DNA of 32,000 nt. Source: Candidatus Electronema halotolerans (GTDB lineage: Bacteria > Desulfobacterota > Desulfobulbia > Desulfobulbales > Desulfobulbaceae). A model generated the notes under the pieces. The model did no database searches, was not told where the DNA came from, and saw only the letters and a program-made list of their open reading frames with translations. Position 1 is the stretch's first letter; the number at the start of each line of letters is the position of its first letter. The stretch is from positions 2,520,001 to 2,552,000 of the forward strand of contig OW818675.1 of the NCBI GenBank assembly GCA_942493095.1. The letters run 5' to 3'. Shown here piece by piece: positions 8,057 through 17,451 of the stretch. A program made the translations under genes and the position numbers.

Positions 8057-9207
8057 CTGGCACCTGCTGTCAGGGCAAGAATCAGTTCGGTCAGTTTGGT
8101 CATATCAGTAAGGCTGACTTCTTCTGCGGTTGAATGGACATTGGTCATGCCAGTGGCGACAATCGCGGTGGCCAAGCCCTTGCTGTTGAAAATATTGGCA
8201 TCGCTGCCGCCGCCTGCGTCCTCGCAGCGCAGGTACATGCCGATGCTTTGGCCTGCGGCAAGGATGCGGCGGATGACCGCGTCGTCTATGCCCAATTTCA
8301 TGGCCGGGAAATCCAGTTCTGCCTGAAAATCCAAAGCTGGCCGCCCCTGCGCCTGTCCTGATGGATCAGACCAGTTGATGATCACCCTGCGGAAAGCCGC
8401 TTCCACTTCCTGCGTCAAACGGGCCAATTTTTCCGGGTCATGGCTGCGGATTTCCCCTTCAATCAGCACTTCTTCCGGGACGATATTGTTGGCGACACCG
8501 CCACGAATCAGGCCGAAATTGATCGTGGTTTCGTGGTCGATTCTGCCGCAGGGAGCGGCGGTCAAGGCTTGGGCCGCCAAGATGACCGCGTTGATGCCCA
8601 GTTCAGGATGCAGACCGGCATGAGCGGCTGCGCCCTTGACCGTGATGCGGAGGCGGTTGTAGGCAGGCGCGCTAACAATCACTCGGCCAAAACCGCTGGT
8701 GTCCAAGGCATAGCCCATTTTAGCTTCGACGCAGGCCGGGTCAAGGGCCTTGGCACCCAGCAGGCCGATTTCCTCGCAGGTCGTGAAAACAAATTCCAGC
8801 GGCGCATGAGGCAGCCGGTTTTCCTGCATCACCTGCCACGCCTCTATCAGGGCGGCAATGCCTGATTTGTCATCGCTGCCAAGAATGGTTTCTCCGCTGC
8901 TGGTGAAGTGATCGCCTTGCCAAAGCACCTTGATGCCGCGCCCCGGCTCCACTGTGTCCAAGTGGCAGGTGAAGAAAAGCGGCTCCAGCTCGCTGTCTCC
9001 GGCAAAACGGAAGATCAGGTTGCCGCAGTCTGCGCCAGTTTGCTCGGCGGAAGCATCTTCAAAGGGAGTAGCCGCTCCTGCATTGCAGAGCAGTTCCGTA
9101 ACCAGCGCAGCTATCCGCCCTTCCTCTTTGGAGGGGCTGTCTGTCTCGCAGAGCTGAATAAAGGTGCGGGCAAGACGTTCTTGGTTTATCAGGTTGTCGA
9201 AGTTCAT
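8053..9207 (-). CDS. M20/M25/M40 family metallopeptidase (PepT-like)
   Basis: 384 aa with the motifs CHLDTV, GSDDKSGIAALIEA and TCEEIGLLGAK, typical of M20 zinc peptidases. Confidence 0.85.
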   Translation of the reverse strand: MNFDNLINQERLARTFIQLCETDSPSKEEGRIAALVTELLCNAGAATPFEDASAEQTGADCGNLIFRFAGDSELEPLFFTCHLDTVEPGRGIKVLWQGDHFTSSGETILGSDDKSGIAALIEAWQVMQENRLPHAPLEFVFTTCEEIGLLGAKALDPACVEAKMGYALDTSGFGRVIVSAPAYNRLRITVKGAAAHAGLHPELGINAVILAAQALTAAPCGRIDHETTINFGLIRGGVANNIVPEEVLIEGEIRSHDPEKLARLTQEVEAAFRRVIINWSDPSGQAQGRPALDFQAELDFPAMKLGIDDAVIRRILAAGQSIGMYLRCEDAGGGSDANIFNSKGLATAIVATGMTNVHSTAEEVSLTDMTKLTELILALTAGAR

Positions 9208-9249
9208 TTATATATCACTCAACATCTTGTCAGTTAATATCTTAAAAGA

Positions 9250-9972
9250 TCAATTAAAGTGAACCGTCCATATATGCCTTAGATAACAATACGAACGATA
9301 GATAATGGAAATTACTCCACAAATAATAAAAATAACAACAATAACGTCATTGATTGCCTCAATTAAGTTACGGTATTCGTATGGAATATAACATTGAATA
9401 AAAGGCCAAAATAAGGCCACTCCAATATATATCCAAAAAACAGTAACTGCTAATTCATAAATTAAATTAAATTTACACAGAAAATATACAGAAAAATATA
9501 CAGAAAAAATAATTATAGATAAACGTATTAAATACTTCAAATACTCTGAAATTATTTCGTTGATTTTATCAAAAAATAAATTCCATTTTTCCTCCTCTTC
9601 TTCTGCTTGTGAATAGCCGATCCAAACTAATCCGACACAAACAACCATTGATACCAGCAGATAAGTAATGCCAAAATATTTATAAACTGCATATAATCCT
9701 GAGATGATAACAAATCCCCATCGCATCCTTATCAGCAAGCCGACAAGTTTTTGCACCGGCGGTACGCAGCCAGCCTCAAACCGCAGATATGTTCTAAAAA
9801 GCCAGTGGATTACGTTGACAAACTGTGTCCATGCCCATTTTATGGCTGACACAATTGTATTGATAATGGCTGTGATCACAATCTTCAGCCCGGTCAAAAC
9901 TGCTTTGAAGGCAATTCCGATCTTTTTGATCACAATTGTGAGGCCAGTTATTGCTGCGGTGAAAATATTCAT
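9250..9972 (-). CDS. hypothetical polytopic membrane protein (orphan, AT-rich)
   Basis: 240-aa uninterrupted ORF in very AT-rich DNA, where random ORFs would be short. It has multiple hydrophobic helices, an acidic EEEEE linker and an Ile/Tyr/Phe-rich composition. I recognise no family. Confidence 0.65.
   Translation of the reverse strand: MNIFTAAITGLTIVIKKIGIAFKAVLTGLKIVITAIINTIVSAIKWAWTQFVNVIHWLFRTYLRFEAGCVPPVQKLVGLLIRMRWGFVIISGLYAVYKYFGITYLLVSMVVCVGLVWIGYSQAEEEEEKWNLFFDKINEIISEYLKYLIRLSIIIFSVYFSVYFLCKFNLIYELAVTVFWIYIGVALFWPFIQCYIPYEYRNLIEAINDVIVVIFIICGVISIIYRSYCYLRHIWTVHFN
9485..9508. repeat. perfect 12-bp tandem duplication (TATACAGAAAAA x2, with partial third copy ACAGAAAA at 9477-9484)
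   Basis: Read directly from the sequence. It is in frame and encodes the FSVYFSVYF segment of the 240-aa membrane protein. Confidence 0.9.
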
Positions 9973-10077
9973 GAAAACCGCCTTATTTTAAATTTTCAAT
10001 AGTTACGCTTTGTTGACTCTGTCGTGCTGAAAACAAAAATAAGTTGCGCAATATATCATATATGGTATATTTCAGTT

Positions 10078-10428
10078 ATGGATACTGAAGTCATTCTGCT
10101 TGACGGCGTGGAGAATTTCTTGGACACACTGCCTTTGAAATTGCAGGCAAAAGCGTATTGGACCATGACATTGCTCCAGAAAATGGGTTCTAAATTGCAG
10201 CAGCCCTATTGCAAAGCTGTCAAAGGCCGCACAGGTCTTTATGAATTGAGAGTTAAATTCGCTTCAGATATCGTCAGATTGTTTTACTTTGAGTATAATC
10301 AAAAAACATACATTGTCACCTCTGGCTATGTGAAAAAAGAACAGAAGTTGAATAAACGTGAAATTGAAAAAGCCAGCAGGTTGATGTCACAATATATTGA
10401 GGAACATTCTTATGAGCAAACTCAATGA
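10078..10428 (+). CDS. type II toxin, RelE/ParE superfamily (HigB / phage Gp49-like)
   Basis: 116 aa from ATG 10078. The sequence ...GLYELRVKFASDIVRLFYFEYNQKTYIVTSGYVKKEQKLNKREIEKA... is typical of Gp49-like toxins. The toxin-first gene order matches HigBA. Confidence 0.85.
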   Translation: MDTEVILLDGVENFLDTLPLKLQAKAYWTMTLLQKMGSKLQQPYCKAVKGRTGLYELRVKFASDIVRLFYFEYNQKTYIVTSGYVKKEQKLNKREIEKASRLMSQYIEEHSYEQTQ

Positions 10429-10702
10429 TGTGCTTGCCAAAAAAATGCAGCATCCTGAATTCCGCCAAGCCTTTGATGAATTTGAGCAGGAATTTCAAAT
10501 TGCCCAGCAGTTGACCAAATTGCGCAAGCAGAAGGGATATACGCAAAAAGAGCTGGCGGAAAAGGCGCATACATCTCAATCTGCTATTGCTCGCCTTGAG
10601 TCAGGACAACATCAAAATCTGACTCTTGCTTTCCTCCAGCGGGTCAGCCGCGCTTTGGGCTTGATGCCGGAAATTCGCTTCAGAAATCTTTCCCAACCGT
10701 AA
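10412..10702 (+). CDS. XRE-family helix-turn-helix antitoxin (HigA-like)
   Basis: 96 aa from ATG 10412, with GAGGAA 6 nt upstream. HTH core: GYTQKELAEKAHTSQSAIARLESG. It overlaps the toxin stop by 17 nt. Confidence 0.85.
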   Translation: MSKLNDVLAKKMQHPEFRQAFDEFEQEFQIAQQLTKLRKQKGYTQKELAEKAHTSQSAIARLESGQHQNLTLAFLQRVSRALGLMPEIRFRNLSQP

Positions 10703-10743
10703 ATGCTGGCAGTCTTGCGGCAACATGAGGAAGGAGAAGGGTT

Positions 10744-11610
10744 CTACGTCCGCTCAAACTTCTTGCGGAAATAATCATAGGCCGCATTGATTTCCTTCAT
10801 CTTTTCCTCAGCCACCCGCTTGAATTCCGCCCCCAGATGCGCGACCTTGTCCGGGTGATACTGCATGGAAAGCTGTCGATATGCTTTCTTAATTGCAGCA
10901 AAATCATCTCCATCCTCAACGCCCAGCACGGTGTAATACCGCTTTTCTTGATTGACGCTTCCAGCAGGACCGCTTTGCTGATGATACCTGTAGCCGTAGC
11001 GGTATTTGTTCTCAATTGTCTGCCGTTCGTAGGTGCTGATCTGAAGAAAGGCGGCAATGCGGTGGACAAAGGCCAGCTCCTGCTCCAGCACCGATGTTTT
11101 CGTGTAAATGATCTGATAGATTAAATCGAGCAGGATTAGGCTGTAGCCGTCAAAGCTGCGGCGGAATTCGATCAGCAGGCTTTCCAAGTCCTGCTGCCGG
11201 TCTTTGGCCTGCTTGATGAGCTGCTTGACCCAGTACATCTGCTCCTGATTGTAGCGGAGCGTGTTCTGGAAAAAGTTGAGCATGGTCCGCAGCTCGGACT
11301 GGGTGAAATGGCCGTCCGCCTTGGCAATGCAGACCAAGATGTTGACTAAGAGATAGACAAAGCGGTTGTGGCTGGCCGTCTGGGACCGCTCGTAAGCAGC
11401 GGCCCGCTTGCGCATGGAATAGATGAAGCCGAAAAAAGCAGCGGCTCCGAGCAGTGGAACAGTGATCAGCACGAGCAGAAGGAGCGAGACGAAATTGCCC
11501 ACTGCCTGCCAGCCGCCCACGGCCAGCAGGATCAGGACAAAGATGAGCAGGCAGCCGCCGCAGCCTGGCTGGCTGTTGCTGCTGCTGTATTGCCGGGAAT
11601 AGACAGGCAT
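10744..11610 (-). CDS. DjlA-like membrane co-chaperone (TerB-like domain plus C-terminal J domain)
   Basis: 288 aa with N-terminal TM helices, a TerB-like segment ([20 protein letters not shown]) and a J domain ([31 protein letters not shown]). Confidence 0.85.
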   Translation of the reverse strand: MPVYSRQYSSSNSQPGCGGCLLIFVLILLAVGGWQAVGNFVSLLLLVLITVPLLGAAAFFGFIYSMRKRAAAYERSQTASHNRFVYLLVNILVCIAKADGHFTQSELRTMLNFFQNTLRYNQEQMYWVKQLIKQAKDRQQDLESLLIEFRRSFDGYSLILLDLIYQIIYTKTSVLEQELAFVHRIAAFLQISTYERQTIENKYRYGYRYHQQSGPAGSVNQEKRYYTVLGVEDGDDFAAIKKAYRQLSMQYHPDKVAHLGAEFKRVAEEKMKEINAAYDYFRKKFERT

Positions 11611-11622
11611 CAGAAAGGAAAC

Positions 11623-12777
11623 TCAGCTTGCCGGGTTTGCAGTGCCGCCCGCATATCCTTGGCTGAACAGGGCATCAACAAACTCGTCAGGATCAAAGTC
11701 CCGCAGATCGTCGGCCTGCTCGCCAATGCCGATGAAGCGCACTGGAATTTTCAGCTCATGGCAGATGTTGGCGACAATGCCGCCCTTGGCTGTGCCGTCC
11801 AGCTTGGTCAGAGTCAGGCCGGTCACGCCCACGGCCTCATGAAAGAGCTTGGCCTGGGAAACCGCGTTCTGGCCAGTGGTGGCATCCAAGACCAGCATGA
11901 CCTCGTGCGGCGCGGTCGCCATATTTTTGCCGATCACCCGCTTGATCTTTTTCAGCTCCTCCATCAGGTTGACGCTGGTGTGCAGCCGCCCGGCAGTGTC
12001 AATGATGATCACGTCGTATTTTTTAGCCATGCCCTTGACCATGCCGTCAAAAACCACCGACGACGGGTCTGACTTGGGCGGCCCGCAATGCACCTCCACG
12101 CCGACCCGTCCGCCCCAGATTTTGAGCTGGTCAATGGCGGCGGCCCGGAAGGTGTCGCCGGCAATCAGCAGGACAGACTGGCCGGACTTGACAAACTTGG
12201 CTGCAATCTTGCCGATAGAGGTGGTCTTGCCCACCCCGTTGACTCCGACCACCATGATCACGAACGGCCCGGACTCTGGCAGGACCAGCTCCGCCGGTTG
12301 CTCGGAAGCCTTGAGAAAGGCCAATATCTGATCGCGCAGCACCTGTTTCAGGGTCTGCGGATCACTGAGCTGCTTCCGCTTGACCTGCTCCTTGGCCGTG
12401 TCAAGCAGGCGCATGGCCGTGCTCACGCCGAGATCAGCAGTGATCAGCAGCTCTTCCAGCTCGTCGAACAGCTCCTGATCAATCTTTTTCCGGCCCAGCA
12501 GGAGGCGGTCCAGACGATGGACCAGACCGCTCCGGCTCTTGCCCAGCCGCTCTTGCAGCCGCTTGAACATTGAGGGCTTGCGCTGCTCCTGCACAGGCTC
12601 TTCAGGAGGCGGACTGGACTCGGCTTGCTCCTCCGGCAGCACGGGCGGCGGCAACGGAGCAGCAGACTGGTCAGTTTCCTCCACTTCCAGCTCTGCTGCC
12701 GGAGCCTCCACAGGAGCGGCTTCCGCAGACTCCGGTGCTTCTTTGCGGGCAAGTTTCTTTTTAAACCAACCGAGCAT
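11623..12777 (-). CDS. ftsY: signal recognition particle receptor FtsY
   Basis: 384 aa with an acidic Pro/Glu-rich A region followed by the NG domain ([22 protein letters not shown]). Confidence 0.95.
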   Translation of the reverse strand: MLGWFKKKLARKEAPESAEAAPVEAPAAELEVEETDQSAAPLPPPVLPEEQAESSPPPEEPVQEQRKPSMFKRLQERLGKSRSGLVHRLDRLLLGRKKIDQELFDELEELLITADLGVSTAMRLLDTAKEQVKRKQLSDPQTLKQVLRDQILAFLKASEQPAELVLPESGPFVIMVVGVNGVGKTTSIGKIAAKFVKSGQSVLLIAGDTFRAAAIDQLKIWGGRVGVEVHCGPPKSDPSSVVFDGMVKGMAKKYDVIIIDTAGRLHTSVNLMEELKKIKRVIGKNMATAPHEVMLVLDATTGQNAVSQAKLFHEAVGVTGLTLTKLDGTAKGGIVANICHELKIPVRFIGIGEQADDLRDFDPDEFVDALFSQGYAGGTANPAS

Positions 12778-12780
12778 GAA

Positions 12781-15156
12781 TCAGCACCCCGCCTTTGGTT
12801 CCAAGACAAAGTCCAAGGCTTCCTCAATGGTGTGCGGATAGCGGAACACGGCCTCCTTGCGCACTTTTTCCGGCATTTCCAAGACATCGTTCTCGTTCTG
12901 CGGCGGCAGAACCAGCTCTTTGATCCCAGCCCGCAACGCGGCCAGCACCTTTTCATTGATGCCGCCCACTGGCAGCACGTCGCCGCGCAGGGTGATTTCG
13001 CCGGTCATGGCCACGTCCTGACGCAGCGGCCTGCCGCTGATCACCGAGTAAAGGGCACTGACCATTGCCACGCCCGCAGAAGGGCCGTCTTTTGGAGTCG
13101 CGCCTTCCGGGACATGAACATGCAGATCCTGCTGCGAGAAAATGTCCTCATCAATGCCCAAAGACGAGGCGCGGGAGCGGAGATAGGTCAGGGCGGCAGA
13201 GGCCGACTCCTTCATCACGTCGCCGAGCTTGCCGGTCAGACTGAGGCCGCCCTTGCCCTTCATTTTTGAGGTTTCAATGAAGAGAATTTTGCCGCCCACT
13301 GGTGTCCATGCCAAGCCAGTGGCCAAACCCGGCCCCCAGTTGCGGGCTTTGACTTCTGGATAAAAACGGATCACGCCGAGATATTCATGCACCTTTTCCG
13401 GGGTGACCACGACCTTCTCGGTGTTGCCCCGGACAATGCTGGCAGCCACGCCCCGGCAGACCGAAGCCAGCTCCCGCTCCATATTGCGCACCCCAGCCTC
13501 GCGGGTGTAGGAGCGGATCACCTCCAGCAGAGCCTCGTCGCTCATTTCCAGATTGTCCTCAGTCAGGGCATGCTCCTTGAGCTGCTTGGGCAGCAGGTAG
13601 CGGCGGGCAATGTCAACCTTCTCATTCTCGGTGTAGCTCGACAATTCCACCACTTCCATTCGGTCGCGGAGCGGGCCGGGGACGGTGTCGAGCATGTTGG
13701 CGGTGGCAATGAAAAGAATCTTGGAGAGATCAAACTCCATGTCCAAATAATGATCGCGGAAGGTGGAGTTCTGCTCCGGGTCCAGCACTTCGAGCAGGGC
13801 TGAGGCAGGATCGCCCCGGAAGTCGCTGCCTAATTTGTCGATCTCATCCAGCAGGACGACCGGATTTTTTGAATCAACCCGCTTCAGGCTTTGAATGATC
13901 CGGCCCGGCAAGGCGCCGATATAGGTGCGGCGGTGGCCGCGAATCTCAGCCTCGTCGCGCAGGCCGCCAAGGGCGATGCGGATGAACTTGCGGCCCATAG
14001 TTTTGGCAATGGACTGGCCGAGCGAGGTTTTGCCCACGCCGGGCGGGCCAGCAAGACAGAGGATCGGCCCCTGAATGTCGTTCTTGAGTTTGCGCACGGC
14101 CAGAAATTCAAGAATCCGCTTTTTGACCTGCCCAAGGCCGTAGTGCTCGCTGTCCAAGTCCTGCTCGGCCTTGGCCAGATCCAAGCTGTCCTCGGTGTAT
14201 TTGTTCCACGGCAGGTCAAGAATCCAGTCTAAATAGTTGCGGGCCACAGAGTGTTCCGGCGAAGAAGGCGAAATCCGCTCCAAGCGGGCCAGCTCCTTGT
14301 CAACCGCCTTGCGGGCCTCCTCGCTCAGACCAGCCTCGTCGGCCCGCTTGCGCAGCTCGGTCAGTTCGGCTTTTTCGTCTGAATCCTCGCCCAGCTCCTT
14401 GCGGATCGCTTCCAGCTGCTGGCGGAGGAAGAACTGCCGCTGCTTGCCGTCAATCTCCTTTTTGATGTCCGCTTGGAGCTTGTTGCTCATCTCCACAGTT
14501 TCCAGCCGTTTGTTCAGCTCGCGGGCCACCCGGTGCAGGAGCAGGTTGATCTCAATGATTTCGAGAATTTCCTGCTCCTCCTCCACCTTGATGTTGAGCT
14601 GCGAGGTGACGAGATAGGCAACATGATAGGGGTCTGTGACCGCGTCAAGCGTGGCAAGGATTTCCTCCGGCATTTCGGTCAGCTTGGCCAGATTCTTGAA
14701 CTGACTGCGGATGTTGAGGAGCAGGGCCTGATTCTCGCTGCTGTCTTCGTCATAGAACATGGGCAGCCGGGTGATATTGCCCTCAATCCACGGCTCCTCC
14801 TGGGTATATTCGCTCACGGCGATCTTATGCACGCCGCTGATCAGGACATGATAGTAACCCTCGTCAAACTTGGTCACATTATGAATATAGCCGAGCGCGC
14901 CGACCCGGTGCATGTCCTTGCTGGTAAGCTCCTCATTGACTGAGGCCTGCTTCTTATAGCAGAGGACAAGGCCGAGCATCCGGTTGCCGTTCATGGCATG
15001 ATCGACGAGCTGCATGGCAGACTGGCTGCCCATCTGGAGGGGAAAGCCCATGCCGGGAAAAAAGACAAAGCCGTGCAGCGGCATGATCGGCAGGGTGTCA
15101 GGCACAGGCAGGCGGGTCGGGTCAATGACATTCTGCCCTTGAGCTTGTTCTTCCAT
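12781..15156 (-). CDS. lon: ATP-dependent Lon protease
   Basis: LON N-domain ([14 protein letters not shown]), AAA+ Walker [10 protein letters not shown], and protease domain PKDGPSAG with the catalytic Ser. The ORF is open to 15210. I prefer ATG 15156 because GGAG lies 4 nt upstream; 15189 and 15210 are alternatives. Confidence 0.93.
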   Translation of the reverse strand: MEEQAQGQNVIDPTRLPVPDTLPIMPLHGFVFFPGMGFPLQMGSQSAMQLVDHAMNGNRMLGLVLCYKKQASVNEELTSKDMHRVGALGYIHNVTKFDEGYYHVLISGVHKIAVSEYTQEEPWIEGNITRLPMFYDEDSSENQALLLNIRSQFKNLAKLTEMPEEILATLDAVTDPYHVAYLVTSQLNIKVEEEQEILEIIEINLLLHRVARELNKRLETVEMSNKLQADIKKEIDGKQRQFFLRQQLEAIRKELGEDSDEKAELTELRKRADEAGLSEEARKAVDKELARLERISPSSPEHSVARNYLDWILDLPWNKYTEDSLDLAKAEQDLDSEHYGLGQVKKRILEFLAVRKLKNDIQGPILCLAGPPGVGKTSLGQSIAKTMGRKFIRIALGGLRDEAEIRGHRRTYIGALPGRIIQSLKRVDSKNPVVLLDEIDKLGSDFRGDPASALLEVLDPEQNSTFRDHYLDMEFDLSKILFIATANMLDTVPGPLRDRMEVVELSSYTENEKVDIARRYLLPKQLKEHALTEDNLEMSDEALLEVIRSYTREAGVRNMERELASVCRGVAASIVRGNTEKVVVTPEKVHEYLGVIRFYPEVKARNWGPGLATGLAWTPVGGKILFIETSKMKGKGGLSLTGKLGDVMKESASAALTYLRSRASSLGIDEDIFSQQDLHVHVPEGATPKDGPSAGVAMVSALYSVISGRPLRQDVAMTGEITLRGDVLPVGGINEKVLAALRAGIKELVLPPQNENDVLEMPEKVRKEAVFRYPHTIEEALDFVLEPKAGC

Positions 15157-15342
15157 CGTTCTCCGGGAAGGTTGATTTATTTCTTGCATGCTGGCCAAGT
15201 TGGACAGCATTTCTGAAGCACGGTCTCACTATACTGCGTTCTACAGGCGAAAAGCAAGACAAAGGCTGGCAAGGTCGGCAGGGCAGGACGTTTTTTCGCG
15301 ATGCTGGAAGGCAGACCAAACGTGCGGTTAGCAGCCTGTTTC

Positions 15343-15372
15343 TTTCCTGCTTGACAATTTTCCTGCTTGACA
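15343..15372 (+). promoter_or_regulatory. tandem 14-bp direct repeat TTTCCTGCTTGACA x2, each with a consensus TTGACA -35 hexamer; candidate tRNA promoter(s)
   Basis: Copies at 15343-15356 and 15359-15372, offset by 16 bp. CAAAAT lies at 15390-15395, 17 nt after the second TTGACA, and the tRNA starts at 15409. Confidence 0.35.
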
Positions 15373-15408
15373 GAAAGAGCAAAATAGAACAAAATATGGC
15401 CCTGTCAA

Positions 15409-15485
15409 GGCGATGTAGCTCAGTCGGTTAGAGCATACGGCTCATATCCGTAGTGTCCGGGGTTCAAGTCCCTGCATCGCCACCA
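15409..15485 (+). tRNA. tRNA with CAT anticodon (elongator tRNA-Met, or tRNA-Ile2 if C34 is lysidinylated)
   Basis: 77 nt folded by hand. Acceptor GGCGATG/CATCGCC, D arm GCTC..GAGC, anticodon arm TACGG-CTCATAT-CCGTA, T arm CGGGG-TTCAAGT-CCCTG, encoded CCA. G1-C72 pairs and the anticodon stem lacks a GGG/CCC run, so it is not an initiator. Confidence 0.92.
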
Positions 15486-15519
15486 GTCAGCAATGATTCC
15501 CTTGCGGAATCCCAGATAT

Positions 15520-15565
15520 AAAAAAATCCAACCAAGTGCAGGAGCTTGGTTGGATTTTTTCTTTT
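15520..15565. terminator. bidirectional rho-independent terminator between the tRNA and ypfJ
   Basis: A 12-bp perfect stem AATCCAACCAAG/CTTGGTTGGATT (15525-15536 and 15545-15556) with an 8-nt loop, flanked by an A-run on the left and a T-run on the right. Confidence 0.8.
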
Positions 15566-15605
15566 CCGCCGCTGGTTCCCGCCAGCAGCAAAATCGTCAG
15601 TTGGC

Positions 15606-16511
15606 TCAGTTGGCAAAGGTGTTGCAGCTGTCCATGTCGCCGCTCTGCAAGCCGGTCTTGAACCATTGCGCCCTCTGCGCCGCGCTGCCGTGGGTGAAGG
15701 AGTCAGGCACCACATAGCCTTGGGCCTGCTTCTGCAAGGTGTCATCGCCGACCGCGCTGGCCGCAGCCAGCCCTTCCTCAATATCGCCCGCCTCCAGCAG
15801 CTTGCGGCTCCTGTCCGCGTGATGCGCCCAGACTCCGGCAAAACAGTCAGCCTGTAGCTCCTGCCGCACCAGCAGCTTGTTGCTTTCAGTTTTGCTCAAT
15901 TGCTTGCGGGCCGCATGCACTTTGGCGGAAATGCCGAGCAGAGTTTGAACATGATGCCCGACTTCATGGGCAATCACATAAGCCTGGGCAAAATCTCCCG
16001 GCGCGTGGAACCGTTCTTGCAGCTCATCAAAAAAGCTCAGATCAAGATAAACTTTGCGGTCGCCCGGACAGTAAAAAGGGCCGCTGGCTGACTGGGCAAA
16101 GCCGCAGGCCGACTGCACCGCCCCACGGAACAGAACAAGGCGCGGCTCCTCATAGTTTTTGCCCTTCCGCTGCAGCAGCTCATGCCATGTTTCCTCGGTG
16201 TCAGCCAAGACAACTTTGACGAAATCAACCAATTTTTCTTCTTCAGCAGTCTGCTGGACTGGCCCGGCTTTTCTGCTGACCTGGGTTGGCTGCTGCAGGC
16301 CAAGAATGGAAAGAACGCTGCCGAGATTGCCGGTCATCAGGGCAAAGATGCCGACGATCACTGCCGCGACCACCGTGCCTTTGAAGCCGAGCAGCTTCAT
16401 CGCTGCTGGCAGCAGGTTCAGCATGTTGCCGCTGCCGCCAGAGCCGCCGGAAAATTCCGTGCCGCGCTGATCTTCAACATTGTCGCTTTTCCGTCTTCCT
16501 TCCCAATCCAT
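15606..16511 (-). CDS. ypfJ: YpfJ-family neutral zinc metallopeptidase
   Basis: MDWEGRRKSDNVEDQRG N-terminus, a TM segment and the HEVGHH zinc motif. Start at 16511 has a GGAGG Shine-Dalgarno; the ORF is open to 16547. Confidence 0.9.
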   Translation of the reverse strand: MDWEGRRKSDNVEDQRGTEFSGGSGGSGNMLNLLPAAMKLLGFKGTVVAAVIVGIFALMTGNLGSVLSILGLQQPTQVSRKAGPVQQTAEEEKLVDFVKVVLADTEETWHELLQRKGKNYEEPRLVLFRGAVQSACGFAQSASGPFYCPGDRKVYLDLSFFDELQERFHAPGDFAQAYVIAHEVGHHVQTLLGISAKVHAARKQLSKTESNKLLVRQELQADCFAGVWAHHADRSRKLLEAGDIEEGLAAASAVGDDTLQKQAQGYVVPDSFTHGSAAQRAQWFKTGLQSGDMDSCNTFAN

Positions 16512-16577
16512 GAGCAGCCTCCTTTGGTGCTGTTGAGAAACTTTCAATTTATTTTTAAGAAGTTAGCTTGCCAGCAC

Positions 16578-17444
16578 TCAGGAGAGCGCGGCCCAGACCG
16601 CCTCTGGCAATGGCCTGCCGCCGTCGCAGCGGACCCAGTTCAGCTTTCTCCGCAGGATGGCGAAATAGCCTTTGTGCGGCGAACTGATCAGACGCAGCGG
16701 CTTGGCTGCCGCCTCCACGACAAGAAAATCGTCCGCCTGCATCTGCCAGGCAAGCCGTCCGTCAACCATGATTTTTGTTGCAGAAACTGGAGCCATCAGG
16801 CTGGTGACAATCCGGGTGCCGGGCGGGAGCAGCACAGGCCGCGATTCCAGCATGAAGGGGCAGATTGGCGTGACGATCAGGGCGCGGAGCTGGGCATGGG
16901 CAATGGGGCCGCCTGCGGAGAGATTGTAGGCTGTGGAGCCGGTGGGCGTGGAAATGATCAGGCCGTCGGCCTTGTAGGTGGCCGCATACTCCTCGTCAGC
17001 CCAGCAGCTCAGATACAGCAGCGGCTCTGTGCTGCTTTTAAGAATCACCACCTCGTTGAGGACAAAACAGGGCTTGCCTCGTGGTGTGCCGTCTCCGGTC
17101 AACAGTTGCACCTTGAGCATCATCCGTTCCTCAATCGCTGCTTGGCCGTGCAGGATGGCCTCCAAGGCCGGATGCATCTCTTCCGCCGCCACTTCGGTGA
17201 GAAAGCCAAGATGGCCGAGATTGATGCCGACCACGGGAATGCCGTGCTTGGATGCCTGATCCGCAACATGAAGCAGGGTGCCGTCGCCGCCAAGGATGGT
17301 CAGCATGTCCATGTCCGGCTCGATCCGGTCCAGCTCGGCCTGCACCGAACGCTGCGCAAACCAGACCGCCAGTTCTCTGCCGATCTGCTGCACTGCCGGG
17401 CTGTCCTTGCGGATGATGATGCCGACGCGGCGAATCTGCTGCAT
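16578..17444 (-). CDS. nadK: NAD(+) kinase
   Basis: 288 aa with the motifs GGDGTLL, NLGHLGFLT and ISTPTGSTAY. Confidence 0.95.
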   Translation of the reverse strand: MQQIRRVGIIIRKDSPAVQQIGRELAVWFAQRSVQAELDRIEPDMDMLTILGGDGTLLHVADQASKHGIPVVGINLGHLGFLTEVAAEEMHPALEAILHGQAAIEERMMLKVQLLTGDGTPRGKPCFVLNEVVILKSSTEPLLYLSCWADEEYAATYKADGLIISTPTGSTAYNLSAGGPIAHAQLRALIVTPICPFMLESRPVLLPPGTRIVTSLMAPVSATKIMVDGRLAWQMQADDFLVVEAAAKPLRLISSPHKGYFAILRRKLNWVRCDGGRPLPEAVWAALS

Positions 17445-17451
17445 GATTCTT

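Larger units (their letters stand above)
9208..10743. other. AT-rich genomic islet (three genes) between the peptidase-era operon and the djlA-like gene
   Basis: Hand-counted 60-nt lines give 22% GC at 9421-9480, 43% at 9781-9840 and 43% at 10141-10200, against 53-68% in flanking genes. I saw no flanking repeat or integrase. Confidence 0.7.

Noticed and set aside
9477-9511. Short tandem repeats (here and at 15343-15372) as a possible CRISPR array or minisatellite
   Set aside because: There are only two to three copies of 12-16 bp units with no spacers of CRISPR-like length. One lies in frame inside a CDS and the other overlaps promoter hexamers. No cas genes are in the window.
10024-10077. 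Upstream start at 10024 for the toxin ORF (MLKTKISCAIYHIWYISV...)
   Set aside because: The extra 18 residues are not part of Gp49/HigB-like toxins, and they overlap the promoter-like TTGCGC/TATATT elements and the palindrome. ATG 10078 gives a normal-length toxin.
15409-15605. tRNA-Met gene as an integration hotspot for a genomic island
   Set aside because: DNA on both sides (lon on one, ypfJ on the other) is host-like in composition. No integrase is present, and I did not see a second copy of the tRNA 3' end. A strong bidirectional terminator simply follows the tRNA.
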